The position numbers were made by a program, and so were the translations under genes. A stretch of 57,750 nt of DNA, filler included, from Streblomastix strix (taxonomy: Eukaryota), in NCBI GenBank assembly GCA_008636045.1. It is 3 parts of 3 records of this genome, joined end to end, with 100 filler letters (N's around TTAATTAATTAA, not from the genome) between each part and the next. Parts side by side here need not be neighbours in the genome. Positions count along the whole stretch, not along the records: positions 38,572 to 57,750 come from SNRW01000540.1; 2 more parts are not named here. The stretch is one strand, 5' to 3'. Below the pieces are notes generated by a model. That model saw only the letters and a list, made by a program, of their open reading frames with translations. It was not told the DNA's origin and did no database searches. Below, piece after piece: positions 46,065-57,750 of the stretch. Positions within the stretch are counted from its first letter, which is position 1; every line of letters starts with the position of its first letter.

Positions 46065-47796
46065 ATGAATGATGAACTTGCATAAGTTTGTATTGATGGG
46101 TTGAAGAATCTTGATTTAGATAATTATCCATAATCAATCAATATCGAAATATATCTTCTAAGTTTATTCTGTGGATTATATGGAATCAGTAATGAATCAA
46201 TTAGAGTTGAAGGATTAAGTAATATACGCAAATTCAAAAAGCTAGCTTCAAACGCTGATAAGAACTATGGATAAGCTTCATCTAATGGAGAACGTAAGCC
46301 AAATCCATGGATCTTAACAAAATTCTTAACGTATTATAATAAAAACTACTATGAATAGATAATTAAACCATTATTGAAACAGAATTACGAAGTGAAAAGG
46401 TAATCGAAAATATTTTATACGGTGAAATAAATTGAGAAACATGAAATTGATCTGAAAAATGTGTTAACATTAACAGATATATCTAGTAAAGCACTAAATG
46501 GATAATATTAAAATTAATTTGAATTAGTTGCTGAAGATTTGCTTAAAATAATAAAGGTTGTACCTTGCTAAAACGGATGGTGTTTCATCATTAAAGAATA
46601 CGATTGTTTACATAGTACTAATACAATTCATTATAAAAATAAGACAGCGATCTATGACTAATTAAATTCAATAAGACTTTGGTAAGACGGAAAGAAACAA
46701 ATCATTGCAATCGATGCTTTAGAATAATATCATTCCCTATTCGAGAAGGTAGGTATAAGATACATTAGTTAAAACCCTAAGATTTTCAGTGTATTCTAAG
46801 GATATAAGTACTTACAATTAGAAGAAGTGAACTATACAAAAATAGAAGGATTCCTAGGATTACTGAAAGATACAATCTCTGCAAATGATGAATTGATTTA
46901 TGAATATTTACTAAATTGGTTTGCTTATATTGTGTAGAATGCTGGTAAGAAAACTGAAACTGCTATTATACTTCAAGGATTATAAGGCATTGGAAAAAAT
47001 GTATTTATTAACGTATTATGTGAACTATTGGCAGGATACTCATCGAAGAACATTACTGATATAGATGATTTTGTTGGAAAATTCAATGTAGCTATCGAAA
47101 ATAAGATGCTTGCAATTGCTAATGAAATGAAGAATTTTGGAGAATCGAGAATGTCTAATATCGATGCGTTAAAGTCAATAATTACTGAATATTCATTTGT
47201 TGTTAATGAAAAATATATTCCAAAGCATGAGGTTGAGAATGTAGTGAATATGATACTTGTTACCAATAAAATCTTTCCTATAAAAATAGAGAATAATGAT
47301 AGATTCTATGTTGTATTCAAATGTAATTCAGTTCATCGAGGAGATCCAGCTTATCTCACTAATCGTTGCAATATTTTTGATGAAGATTTTTTTTAATAAT
47401 TTATTTACATTCTTTATAACTAGAGATATTTCTTAATTTGAACCAAGAAACATTCCAATAACATAAGATATGAAAGATATAATAAAAACATCATGATCAA
47501 AAGTTGATGATATTATAATTGATCATTTCAAGTAGTTCAAAGATGATGTAATCATATCAAAAGTCGAGCTATGGAAACATCAAGATATGGTTCTAAAAAA
47601 TTATCAGTTAGCGATAAATAATATATGCAGCCAAGTATGAAGAACAACAAACGGATAAAGAAAATGGTACCATAAAATGAAAGAAGAAATGGTTAAAATA
47701 TATGATAATATGTTAGATGAAGAAATTGATGAGAAAGAAGCTGAAGTATAAACAGTTGTACTAGAAAGGTAATAAAAAGGTAATGAATACGTATGA
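46065..47796 (+). pseudogene. D5-like superfamily 3 helicase (C-terminal part of a primase-helicase), degenerate
   Basis: YLLNWFAYIVQ...AIILQGLQGIGKN (Walker A)...GKFNVAIENKMLAIANEM (Walker B)...LKSIITE...NEKY...MILVTN...IENNDR. Frameshift in a poly-T run near 47395 and internal TGAs further downstream. Confidence 0.8.
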
Positions 47797-47863
47797 ATAA
47801 AATTTGCACGTTCAGTTAAATGCAAGAATTTATTTTTGTGCTAGAATCATTGCGTAATGAATC

Positions 47864-48910
47864 AATTTGTCCATCTGCACGGGGTGCACGGCCAGCATGA
47901 GGTAAGTTGATTCTATCTTTTTTTTCAGCTATATTAGCCATTAGACCATATTCTTCAATTTGTATCATAATTTGAAGAGTTAGCGAACTTAAATAAATAG
48001 AGTACTGCTATTAACATTCAATTATGGAATTTGCTCAGACTAACTAAAAAATAATTCAAACCTATAGATAGTTATTTGTATTTAACATAAAGGAAATGTT
48101 TGATGAAAAATTGTTATACAATAATCTGTTCGATATCGATTAAGACAAATATAATCACGATTGATATGATAAAGATTTCATAGATAAATTTATTGAACAT
48201 AATAGAGGAAGAATATCATCAGGTAAAACATATACAGCAATCTGTAATATGTGTCCTACAAATATAGTTACACAAATATTCCATGATTTAAACTTCCCAT
48301 TATTAAAGAAACGGATTTTGGAGTATAAGAATTGAAAGAAATATGAAATGTATTATTCAACTAAGTTAGAAATTTGAATAAATATTTTTGTTCTATAATC
48401 TTGAAGTAATTGATTGATTTGTCCACCTGTAAGGGGACTATGAAATTCAAACCTGATATGGCGCCATAAGTTATGACATTAGTGAATGAATCTAGTTTTA
48501 TAAGCTAGTGTTGTGGAATATTAATATGAAGAGTTCAATTCAGAATTCTAATTGCATAATGGAAAATATGGCAGGAAAAAAGGGTAGAATCATTTTACTC
48601 CGTACAGGCCGTGCACCCCGTGCAGACGGATAAATTAATGTAAATCTCCAAGTCAGAACATTAATTCAAGAATTATCTTAAGATAGTTCCCTTGAAGTGC
48701 ACATGCACTCGAAATATTTGACACAATATCTCATTTGCACATACGTAATTAACGCACATCATTAACGTTAAAATAAATCAGAGCGACCGACCGACCGACT
48801 TTTTAAATTTTGGCCATTTTAGGGGTCTCAACCCTGCACACCTACACAGATGGACAATTCACTTCATTTATCCACTTCGCTAATGCACATCATTAATGCA
48901 AAAATAAATC
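47864..48910. repeat. GC-rich inverted and dispersed repeat cluster
   Basis: 47864-47943 pairs with 48557-48636, including a perfect 20-bp core (tctgcacggggtgcacggcc). Degenerate copies lie near 48419 and 48835. A direct repeat, gcacatcattaa..aaaataaatca, occurs at ~48753 and ~48885. Confidence 0.8.
48024..48377 (+). CDS. Small hypothetical ORF (117 codons) enclosed by the inverted repeats
   Basis: MEFAQTNQKIIQTYRQLF... runs in one frame to TGA 48375-48377, with internal TGA at 48162 (HD*YD) and 48333 (KN*KK). Confidence 0.4.
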
Positions 48911-51529
48911 AAACTCTTTGGTTATATCGATCAACTATATCACTAATTTAAAGTAAATCCTGAGTGTTAGTTATGATAGTTTTCTTAAGACGTAGAATTA
49001 AGATTAATTAAAAATCATTTGCAGATTCACGGAATTCATATCGTTGAATTCTAAATTTTTATTGGGCACATGAACGTTATTCTGCAGCAATGCGTTCGGC
49101 TTCGCATGCTTATAAACAAATCATACTCTAATAATATTCAATAATTTTATAACTAATTTATTAGTATTATCATCTAAATCTAATGTGTAATATTATTATT
49201 TTGTTCGTTAATTATCATTAATTATCTCATAAAATCAACTCAAACATTATTCATATTTATCTACTCTTTAGATCACAGCATCACCACTCTTGATCTATCG
49301 TTTCTTCATTATTTCTCCTAAACTGATGAGCTTGAATATTTTATTCATAAATTGTTATATTTACTTATTATATCTTAATGCAGTTGATAGCGGAACAAGC
49401 GAATCAGTCAATTAATATATATTTTCTGGAAATATTAATCTCTTCATTGTTTCATTTCCATCTTCATGCTTATGAATACGTTCGTATAATAGATTACACA
49501 AAAACATAAAAATAACATTTAAAATTTAAAAAAAAAATAATTAAATTAATTAATTATATCTATTAGAATAATCATTATTTGCAAATTAGTTCATTTAATA
49601 CAAATCTCCGAATAATAGCTAAATTCTATTAAATTACTGAAAACTGGATAAATTTTGAATAAATTTGTTATAAACAATAGTTTAATATAAAGTACAAAAT
49701 TAAAATTATAGTGAGAAAGCTATTGTAATAGAAATAACTCTGAAGACATAATTATAATTTGAATTATATATTAATAATTTTAAAATAAGATTAGAAAATG
49801 TAAAATTTGCAGATTAAACTTTCAATTTATATTTATAATTCAAAAACTTTCTATAAAATATAACTGAAGTAAAATTTCTATTTAATTAATTCAAATATTA
49901 TTAATTTTTCATTATAATCTAAAATTTTTGTAATTTATTTTTCAAAAACTGATAAATATAAATTTTGAAATAAATGCTTAAAAATGCGAACCGTTGGATA
50001 TTCTTCCAAATATTCATATAGCAGTTTATATTACGATAACGAAAGTTCTAAATTTAAAAAATTTATTTTAAATAATAAAAATACAAAAGTGAATCAAACT
50101 ATTTTTAAAATTGGAACTGGATGATTTGGAGGATTTTTGCACCTTGATTTGGAGCAATGGTATTTACATAACTTAAAATTTATTTTCTAATTTCACTTTG
50201 CATTGGAAGAGGAAAATATTTATATTGATCTTAAATGAATTTTTTTCATTTTACATTTTAATTCATTTATAATTAATTCGATTTAAAAAAATATATTTAT
50301 TTAAATTTAAATTTTTTATTTAAATTTATTAAATTGTAATTTAATTTTATTTATTTTAAAATATTTTTATTGATTATTTTAATTTTTCAATACAATCAAT
50401 TGAATTGTACTTAATAATTTGTTTCCCTAATCTTTCCAATCTCTATAGGATTTAGAAAAAATATCTAATAAAATAGACAAACATTTGATGAATATCCTCG
50501 TAGTTACTATTCAGCTTTTGGTTAAATCGAATTATTACTGTATTAGGCTAGTCATCACATGAAAATCGCATATTATTGTCCTTTTAGGAAATGCAAAAAA
50601 GATGTATGGGACATCTGAGCAAGCCAAGGACCATTACATAAGAGTTCAAATGACAACGGCATTTTTCAAAAAAATATTTATAAAAATCTCATTATACAAA
50701 TTTTTTAAAACTAAAAATTTTTTGTGTAAATTATTAAATATAGAATAGATAATATTTAATAAAACTGAAGGAAAAATAAGAAATTTATAAACAATTTAAA
50801 AAAAAAATTTTTTTTAAATAAAATTAAATTTAAAAATTAAATTTTTTAAGTTAAATTTGAAAATTAAATTTTTTAAGTTTATTTTTCATTTATAAGGTCA
50901 TTAGCAAACTGCGACCCGGTTGGTAAACTGCGATCTGTTAAATTTTATTGACTCTAAAAATCATTTTGGTAGAAGTTTTTGATCATTATTCTTAAAACAG
51001 TTTAAATTCTTTTTATTTTTTAAGTCTTTATAACTCTAAGCTTTAGAAAAGTTTAGTCAGGATTATTCCATACTATCTTTTTTTAAATTCTTTTTTAATT
51101 CTAGATTTTCAATGAATTTATTTTCATTATCTTTTCGTTTCGATCGATTTTCATTTAATTTAAAACTTAAACTTTCAAAATAAAAGCACATATAATAATC
51201 TAAAACTTCGTCTCTTGCATTTTATTAATAGTTTGCTGCATCAAAATCTTGATAAATTCTAATATATGAGATTATTCGTTGGCCCATTTTTAGCTTATTT
51301 TGTATAATTTCACAATAATCAATTTTTAAAGCTGGTTTTAAATTCAAATTCATAATTTAAGTGTTTTAAATCAATTCATTACTATTTAACAACTTCGTTT
51401 ATTTCTTCTCTTAATATATCATCACCTCCTGAATATTGTCCTTTGGGTTGATTATGTTCAATTTCTTATTATTTAGAGTAAATTTTTTTAATTTTTTTAT
51501 TCTTTTTATATTAAGGAAGGATTTTGTTA

Positions 51530-53100
51530 TGAACGTTGAATAATGATAGAAAGAATATTTTGATTTAGAAAAGAAACTTGATGTATTAAAGAGAATGCAG
51601 TTAGAAAATCGAATTATTGTTCTATTACTTTTATATTTTTTGTTATATTAAATTTCAAATTTGAAATGAAACATTGATGGCGAACAGAAGGATTATCAAC
51701 CTCATAATTTCTGTGAGAATGCAATGAACATTGTTCGAAATGATGATTTAAGAAGAGTTTTGGTTTCTTTGTGAAACAAAAAGAATTTATCGTGATCCTA
51801 GAGTTACTAAACAAGTGTTATATACCATGGTACATTGCTGCATTATGGATTTTGTTTAAATTGAAGGATATGACTGTAGATACAAATTGCAGAAATATTC
51901 GAATAAATTAGACCGGAGAATAGATACCCATTAAGAGAGAAAGTTACTGATAAGTAACATTCAACTCCGTAACTCTTATAAGCACATTGAAATCAAATTG
52001 CTGTAGTTCTATAGTTTTTACAAATAATTTAAACATTCTCAGATGATTTAGAGCGGAGATCTCTATCGTATAAAAGATGCTTTTGCAAATATAGCAAAAT
52101 TAATTTTGGTAACGAAAGTTTGAGAATTAATGATAAAGAAAATGCATAATTTGTACTAAATGATAGGAATGGTTTAATTAAATATATATTGAACAAATCG
52201 CAAAATAATTCAGCTATGGAGAGGTGTTAAATGCAGATGAATTAAATGTAAACTTGGTTCCAGATGTGCTTGAGGCAAAAATTGGTAAAAAATATCGTGC
52301 AGTAGTAGTATCTTCCGGTTCAGTTAACTATATTTTGATGATGATGTCCGTATCCTTGGGCAAAGAATAAACACTGACATTTTTTGTTTTGAGAGGATTT
52401 GAAAAGATCCCGGTTGAATCAGAGACATTATGAAAAACCTGCAGAGGTGTATTTTGCATGAATATAAGCAAGAATAAAGACACATTAATCTTTTACATTG
52501 TTCTGTAAAATACTTGCAAAATGTGTATAAAAATTAGGATAATTTGGATTCTTCTACGAAAATGAGCCCATCCTATTGTTCTTGGATGAACATAATACAA
52601 AAGTTAATTTTAAAGCAAAACATATTTTGAAAATAAGTAGAATTACAGTATTTGCGTTTTCTGGATGTCTCACTCATATTTTATAACATAATGATCGCAT
52701 ATTGATACGTTGATGGAGAAGGAAATATATAAAACTTCTAAAAAAAATATAAAATATGTTTAAAAATTGAAAATATGAGAAAAAAAGGCGTTACTGTGAT
52801 TTTTAGGGTTCATTTAAATTTAAAAAATAATTGGAAATTGATGATTTACTGTTAAGTGAATGTTAATCAAAAAACTTTAATTCGTTCAAACCGTATTTAG
52901 TCTTTCGCAAGTTCAGGGTAGTGACCATTATCAATTTAAAATGCTTATAATATCGTATACATTAAGGATGAAACGCAAAATCTCTAATATTCAAAGGGAA
53001 GAGTAACAAAAAGGCATGAAATTTATTTTTCTGTTCTATTAGAACGCTCTATTAGTCAAAAAAACAAAAACTTTAAAAAAAAAGACTCTAAACTAAAAAA
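51530..53100 (+). pseudogene. pogo/Fot1-like (DDE_1) transposase relic, DD35D
   Basis: NEPILLFLDEHNTK...VFAFSGCLTHILQHND (52561-52695) has 35 residues between the two Asp. Upstream is PG*I (GW motif) and downstream is FASSGQ*PL. Multiple frameshifts. Confidence 0.7.
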
Positions 53101-53121
53101 CAAGCAGTAAGTTAAAAGGAT

Positions 53122-53710
53122 ATGAATGAAAAGCAGCAAATGCTTAACATTTGTAGTCGAAATGAAGATTTCTGCGACAGAGAACAACTTTTCAATGCAT
53201 ATTAAACGTTTTTTGCTAAGGATTCCGATTCATGTTAGGAGAAAATGACAACAGATGAAAAATTAAAATATGAAAAAGAAATGACAAAGAAAGCAACAAC
53301 TCTCTCGCTTCAAGAGATGAGAGATGACCTCGATGGTATAAATCGTGATGTTTACAATAATCAAGGAGATCGAAACTGATGATTTATGGTCGTCTCGCAC
53401 AAAATATATGGATCAAATGCTATGCACTCAGAAATTCGTAAAAATTGAGTCAAAAAGCTGAATAAAAATAAAGAAAGATTCATTGAAGACTTCACAAATA
53501 ATGATAGAACATTAGAAAATTTTGCAAATATAACGCCAACTCTTGGAGAAGACGCTGATGAGAGGATGAATTGACCCATCTGCGTTGCTTATTGGATCAA
53601 CTTGCGTAATTAGTAAGACAACAACAAGTTTGAAGTCATCGATAATCACGCAACAACATGGATTGAAATTGCGCATGTTGATCAAATTCTCCATGTTTTT
53701 GAAATTTGAT
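53122..53710 (+). pseudogene. OTU-like cysteine protease domain relic downstream of the transposase
   Basis: NQGDRN**FMVVSHKIYGSNAMHSEIRKN*VKKLNKNKERF...IEIAHVDQILH follows the OTU pattern GDGNCLFRA...G....H..LR...V..L..N...F. Confidence 0.55.
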
Positions 53711-54814
53711 CACAAATTTAATCATTCCACAATTAAAAATGGTGGCTTCTATTGCCAAAACTTACAATAAACAACATCAATTATCATTATGGCTTTAAAT
53801 TAAAATTATGGTTATTTGAATTGGGAGTAATTAGTTCCAATTCTGCATCTGAATCTTCTTCACTTGAATCTTTTTGAATTCTTTATTTCTTAGTTTTAAA
53901 TTCGATATTTGAAGATTCATGATTCTTCACTTCAATGAAAACTGGACTTTGAATTAAAAATAACAAATTATTTTTGTAAATACAAATAAAACTTATTTAT
54001 AAAAATTATTACATATTAAACATTATTTTTTGCAATTTCTCGTGCAACACTATCCAATTTTACTTTATACATCCAAATTTGTGTCAATTACTAAACAAAA
54101 TGGCCAAAACTTAAAATTCTAGTTTTAACTACGCATATGTGTTACAATTTTGTAATTTACCTTATATTCAATATAAAATGATGTTATATTTTAATTACTG
54201 CCTTTCTTATAACGCATTGAACATCATATACTAGAATAACAAATCTTCTTGAAAAAAGTTTTTTCAACCATATATTAATATTCAATATCAATTTGTAATA
54301 TACATTTCTTGCTAATAACATATTTAATATAATATTTTATCTCATTTATACATTTCTATTTGACACTTGCAGTTGTACGCACTTTTAATTGCATAATTAA
54401 TTAATTCAACATTACTCGAGTTCGAAATTAGATTAATCATTTATGTGAATATTTTTTACTTTTATGCGCACGATTGCATATTTATTATTACATAAATATC
54501 AAAACTATTCATTATTAATAGAGAAAAGGACTTTTTTTTTTCATTTTAACACTTTTTTCAGGATAAACATTACATTTAATAACTTTATTTTTAATTTCAT
54601 AATCCAGATGCAATAATGCTTATCTTTGGATAGTTTTGATGACCTTTCTTCAAATTCATAATTTCTATTTTACACAACGCCGAACAATATCCATTTTCTT
54701 ATTTCATAATCATTATTTTCTTTACTCTATATTCTCTTACTTCATACCATTATTTTCTATGCTATCCATTCTCTTACTTCATATTCATTGCTTTCTATAT
54801 TTTTCTATCAAAAG

Positions 54815-55381
54815 ATGTCTGCAGAAGAACCAAAACCCGAAGATAAGAAAGAGGGAGGTGAATGCAAGAAAGGAGGACCTTGCGGTGGAAAGGGTGGCCA
54901 TGGAGGCCATTGGCACAACCATCGTCACCACGAAAAGGGAGCCTGGAAGAAGCGTCAAGCAGAAGGTGGTGACAAGGAAGGAGGACCACACCATTGTCAC
55001 AAGGGACCAGGAGGAGAAGGAAAAGAAGGTGAAGGAGAACATCCACATCCCCATGGACCACATGGAGGACGACACGGAGGACCACCAGGACCAGATGGAG
55101 TAGTAGCGAAAGATGGAGATGGAAAAGAACATCCACATTGGCACGGTGGACCACCAGGAGCTGAAGGTGGACATCCAGGAGGTCGTGGACGCGGATTCTG
55201 GAGACATAGACGCCATTTCCATGGACCAGGATGGAAACCTCATGATAAGAAGGGAGGAGACAAACCCGAAGAGAAGAAAGCTGAAGAAGCTGAATTGCCA
55301 AAACCCGGCGAGGAAGATGCAAGTTACAGCAGCTCAAGCAGTGGTGAAGAACCCGAAAAGAAGGAAGGTGATGCGAAATGA
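54815..55381 (+). CDS. His/Gly/Pro-rich intrinsically disordered protein, 188 aa, single exon
   Basis: A clean GC-rich ORF, MSAEEPKPEDKKEGG...GGHGGHWHNHRHH...HPHPHGPHGGRHGGPPG...EKKEGDAK*, with sharp AT-rich flanks. Confidence 0.8.
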   Translation: MSAEEPKPEDKKEGGECKKGGPCGGKGGHGGHWHNHRHHEKGAWKKRQAEGGDKEGGPHHCHKGPGGEGKEGEGEHPHPHGPHGGRHGGPPGPDGVVAKDGDGKEHPHWHGGPPGAEGGHPGGRGRGFWRHRRHFHGPGWKPHDKKGGDKPEEKKAEEAELPKPGEEDASYSSSSSGEEPEKKEGDAK

Positions 55382-55578
55382 ATGAACTCGCTCGAATGAA
55401 CTTGAAGTCCGTTAATAATGGATATTTATTTATCTTGTTTCAAACGATCAATTGAATATTTCTCGTAAATGTTTGTTTCATTTAATTCTTAACAACTTAG
55501 TATAGCACTATAAATTTTAAAATTTTTTATTTCAATCTGATTGAGATTTAGTTTGTTTTATGGTTAAAATATTCAAAA

Positions 55579-56416
55579 ATGCGAAACACGAGGTAACTGG
55601 AACCTCGGGAGCAGCAGCGTGCATTGAGATAAAAAGTTGTATGCAATGTTTTACATGAATTTATTTAAATTTTGCTACTTTTGCTAAGGTTCGTACTCAG
55701 ATAGATGAGTATGCGCGCGCTTATGCCAGGAGGAGCGCTGAGCTTCGCAAGAAGAAGCAGACAGATGAATAGCAAAAATCTCAAGTTTATTATTACTAAT
55801 TTTTCAAATTTATTTATAATAATAGCTGTTTTATGCCGATATTAGGCAGCAAAACTTCGCGAGGCCGAGGAGCGGGAAATACTTCGATTAGAGATGGCAC
55901 GGTTTAGGATGGAAACAGAAAAAAGCGCAGATGTCATTGCTTAAGAATTTTAGATTGGAATGAATTTGCTGATAGATGAAGTTTGAATAAGATTTTTTTA
56001 GCCAAATTTTTCACATTAATTTCATATTAATACAGCAAGAAGAATTGAGAAAATAATAAAGAACTTCAGATAGATTTAATTCAGCTTTAGAACAGGTTTA
56101 TATATCAACATTTACTTGATTTCTTCTTATTTTTAATTTTTTTTTGAAGTTGCGAATTGAAAAAGAGATTGCTGAAGAATTAAAGGAAATAAAACGTTTG
56201 TAGAGAGACGAGATAAAAAGAATTGAAGAGTATTTACTTATTTTAATACTTTTAATGTAATTATTATATGCTCATCTAATTCAGCCTGATGGTATTAAAA
56301 TTTATATAAATTTGATTATTTTAATGTTAAAATGATAATTTCACTTGTATTATTTGTATAATAGAAATAAAAGAAAAGAAAAATTAAATAAATTTATTAT
56401 TATGTGGAATAAATGA
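55579..56416 (+). CDS. Small coiled-coil protein, ~6 exons
   Basis: Exons joined by GT-AG introns read MRNTRQLEPREQQRALRQKV|VRTQIDEYARAYARRSAELRKKKQ...|AAKLREAEEREILRLEMARF...|QEELRKQQ...|LRIEKEIAEELK.... The last exon and stop are less certain. Confidence 0.6.
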
Positions 56417-56419
56417 TAG

Positions 56420-57530
56420 AGATTAGTTTTATAAAGATTTTGAAGAATTATTAATTTCAACTGCATCTTTCAAATATAAAATGTCTTCAAAAGATTATTA
56501 TGTATATCTAACTTGATTTATTCCTTAAAATATCAATTCTTCTTCTCTTTTTTTCTTTCTTAGGTTTTATTTAAGTTATTTTGTAAGTATTTCCAACTTA
56601 ACATTTTCTTTTTTACTATCTCTTTTCGATTGATCAATTTTAATTTCATTTTGTTTTTAATATTTACATTATTCAAATATAAACCACGTTCGTTTTCTTT
56701 TTGCTTTTTAACCGTGTTTTAATTTGTATAAATTTGATCTTATTAATTACTGAATTATTAAAGAATTTTCTGAACAAAAGTTATTATCTTTCTTCCAATG
56801 TCTCTTTATCGCATTTTATTGTATTGATCAATACCTTTAAATTATTTTATGTTGATGTGAACTTGTTGAGTGCCTATCACAAATTAATAGCAAATTATTT
56901 CCGTTATTATGATGCTGTGTCTTAATGGAGAAAATTAAGTATAGAAGAGAAGTAAATGGCGGTTTTAAGTACGGCTAATACGCAGTTATCACAAAGATAC
57001 AATACAGAAGTTGGATGTGGAGGAAATATTATTAAATTAATATTGTTTAGTGCAACAAATTTTAATATTTTTTAGGATTTTCTCGATTTATGTCCGTCAA
57101 TGAATAATTAAAATAGTTCATCTTTAAATTAAATTATTTTCTATTTTTGATTAATTGATGAAACTATCCAGAATTGAATTAATTATTCAAAAATTTCCTT
57201 ATTATTCTATTCATGACATGGGTAGAAGAAGAGTTATGACGAAAAATAAAAGCGCAATTCAATAGTTACAGTTGCATGATATATTAGAACAAATTTTGGA
57301 AATGATTACCCGTCTGCATAAATGAATGGTATTATTGATGCCCCGACTATTCTTTTTTTATTATCGGGTTAGAAGAAAGTTTCAATTCAGTTTATTGAAA
57401 TTTTTTCTTCTTTTTTATTATTTAAATTAGCATGGAACCGAATATATGATTCTAGAAATGAACATTCAAATTCTTACAAAAGAAGTCCAGAATGTTATTC
57501 GGTCAAATTTTAAAGTTTCCAATTCAATTC
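56420..57530 (-). pseudogene. Second pogo/Fot1-like (DDE_1) transposase relic, DD35D
   Basis: Minus strand reads FIYADGQSFPKFVLIY...LFIDGHKSRKSQKILKFVALNNINLIIFPPHPTSVLYLCDNCVLAVLKTA, with 35 residues between the two Asp. Decayed. Confidence 0.72.
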
Positions 57531-57698
57531 AAAAATTTTAAAAGTTTTATATTATTGAAAAAACAATTTTATTTTTTTTTAAAAAATTAAAATATAAAAA
57601 ATTTTATAAAAAAAAATTTAAAAATTATAAATATATATTAAAAATAAATTATTATTAATTTTAATATCCAATTCAGAGATTTTAATAAGAAATTTCTG

Positions 57699-57730
57699 TT
57701 AGTGGCAGCAAAAAACTTTTAGTGGCAGCA
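57699..57730. repeat. 12-bp direct repeat, possibly a subterminal transposase-binding site
   Basis: ttagtggcagca at 57699-57710 and 57719-57730 within near-pure AT sequence, upstream of the minus-strand transposase. Confidence 0.45.
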
Positions 57731-57750
57731 TTTTTTTTTAAATTTCATTC

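Larger units (their letters stand above)
38572..49530. mobile_element. Degenerate Polinton/Maverick-like element; left part cut by gap, right boundary approximate
   Basis: Dense intronless ORFs for an rve integrase, a protein-primed family B DNA polymerase, a D5-like SF3 helicase and unknown proteins, plus GC-rich inverted repeats at 47.9-48.9 kb. Confidence 0.8.

Noticed and set aside
53377..53382. TGA at the OTU catalytic Cys as possible selenocysteine or UGA=Cys
   Set aside because: The region is clearly decayed, TGY to TGA is one mutation, and no SECIS could be identified.
54636..55385. Overlapping alternative-frame and antisense ORFs over the His-rich gene
   Set aside because: By-products of a GC-rich repetitive coding sequence.

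Overview
This is very AT-rich eukaryotic nuclear DNA with spliceosomal introns of about 50-250 nt. It consists of three contigs joined by artificial N44-TTAATTAATTAA-N44 spacers. TAA and TAG encode Gln, so the standard-code ORF track is badly fragmented. The code, intron style and gene content suggest an anaerobic protist such as an oxymonad (Streblomastix-like); this is inference. Contig 1 holds a >5,000-codon intronless Fused/STK36-type kinase, an RNase P Rpp21-family gene and an AT-hook protein. Contig 2 holds decayed AT-rich DNA with a MITE-like inverted repeat, then two convergent paralogues: C2 + adenylate kinase + archaeal-type UMP kinase, and C2 + AK + AK. These are followed by a PepD dipeptidase and a CK1-family pseudokinase. 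Contig 3 holds a decaying Polinton/Maverick-like element (integrase, protein-primed PolB, D5-like helicase, inverted repeats), two pogo/Fot1-like DD35D transposase relics (one followed by an OTU protease domain), a His/Gly-rich protein and a coiled-coil gene. The most striking observation is that host genes end in TGA, yet TGA also occurs in-frame seven times in the otherwise unbroken 15-kb kinase ORF and once in its neighbour. This suggests a code in which all three stop codons can be sense (UAR=Gln, UGA=Trp or stop).
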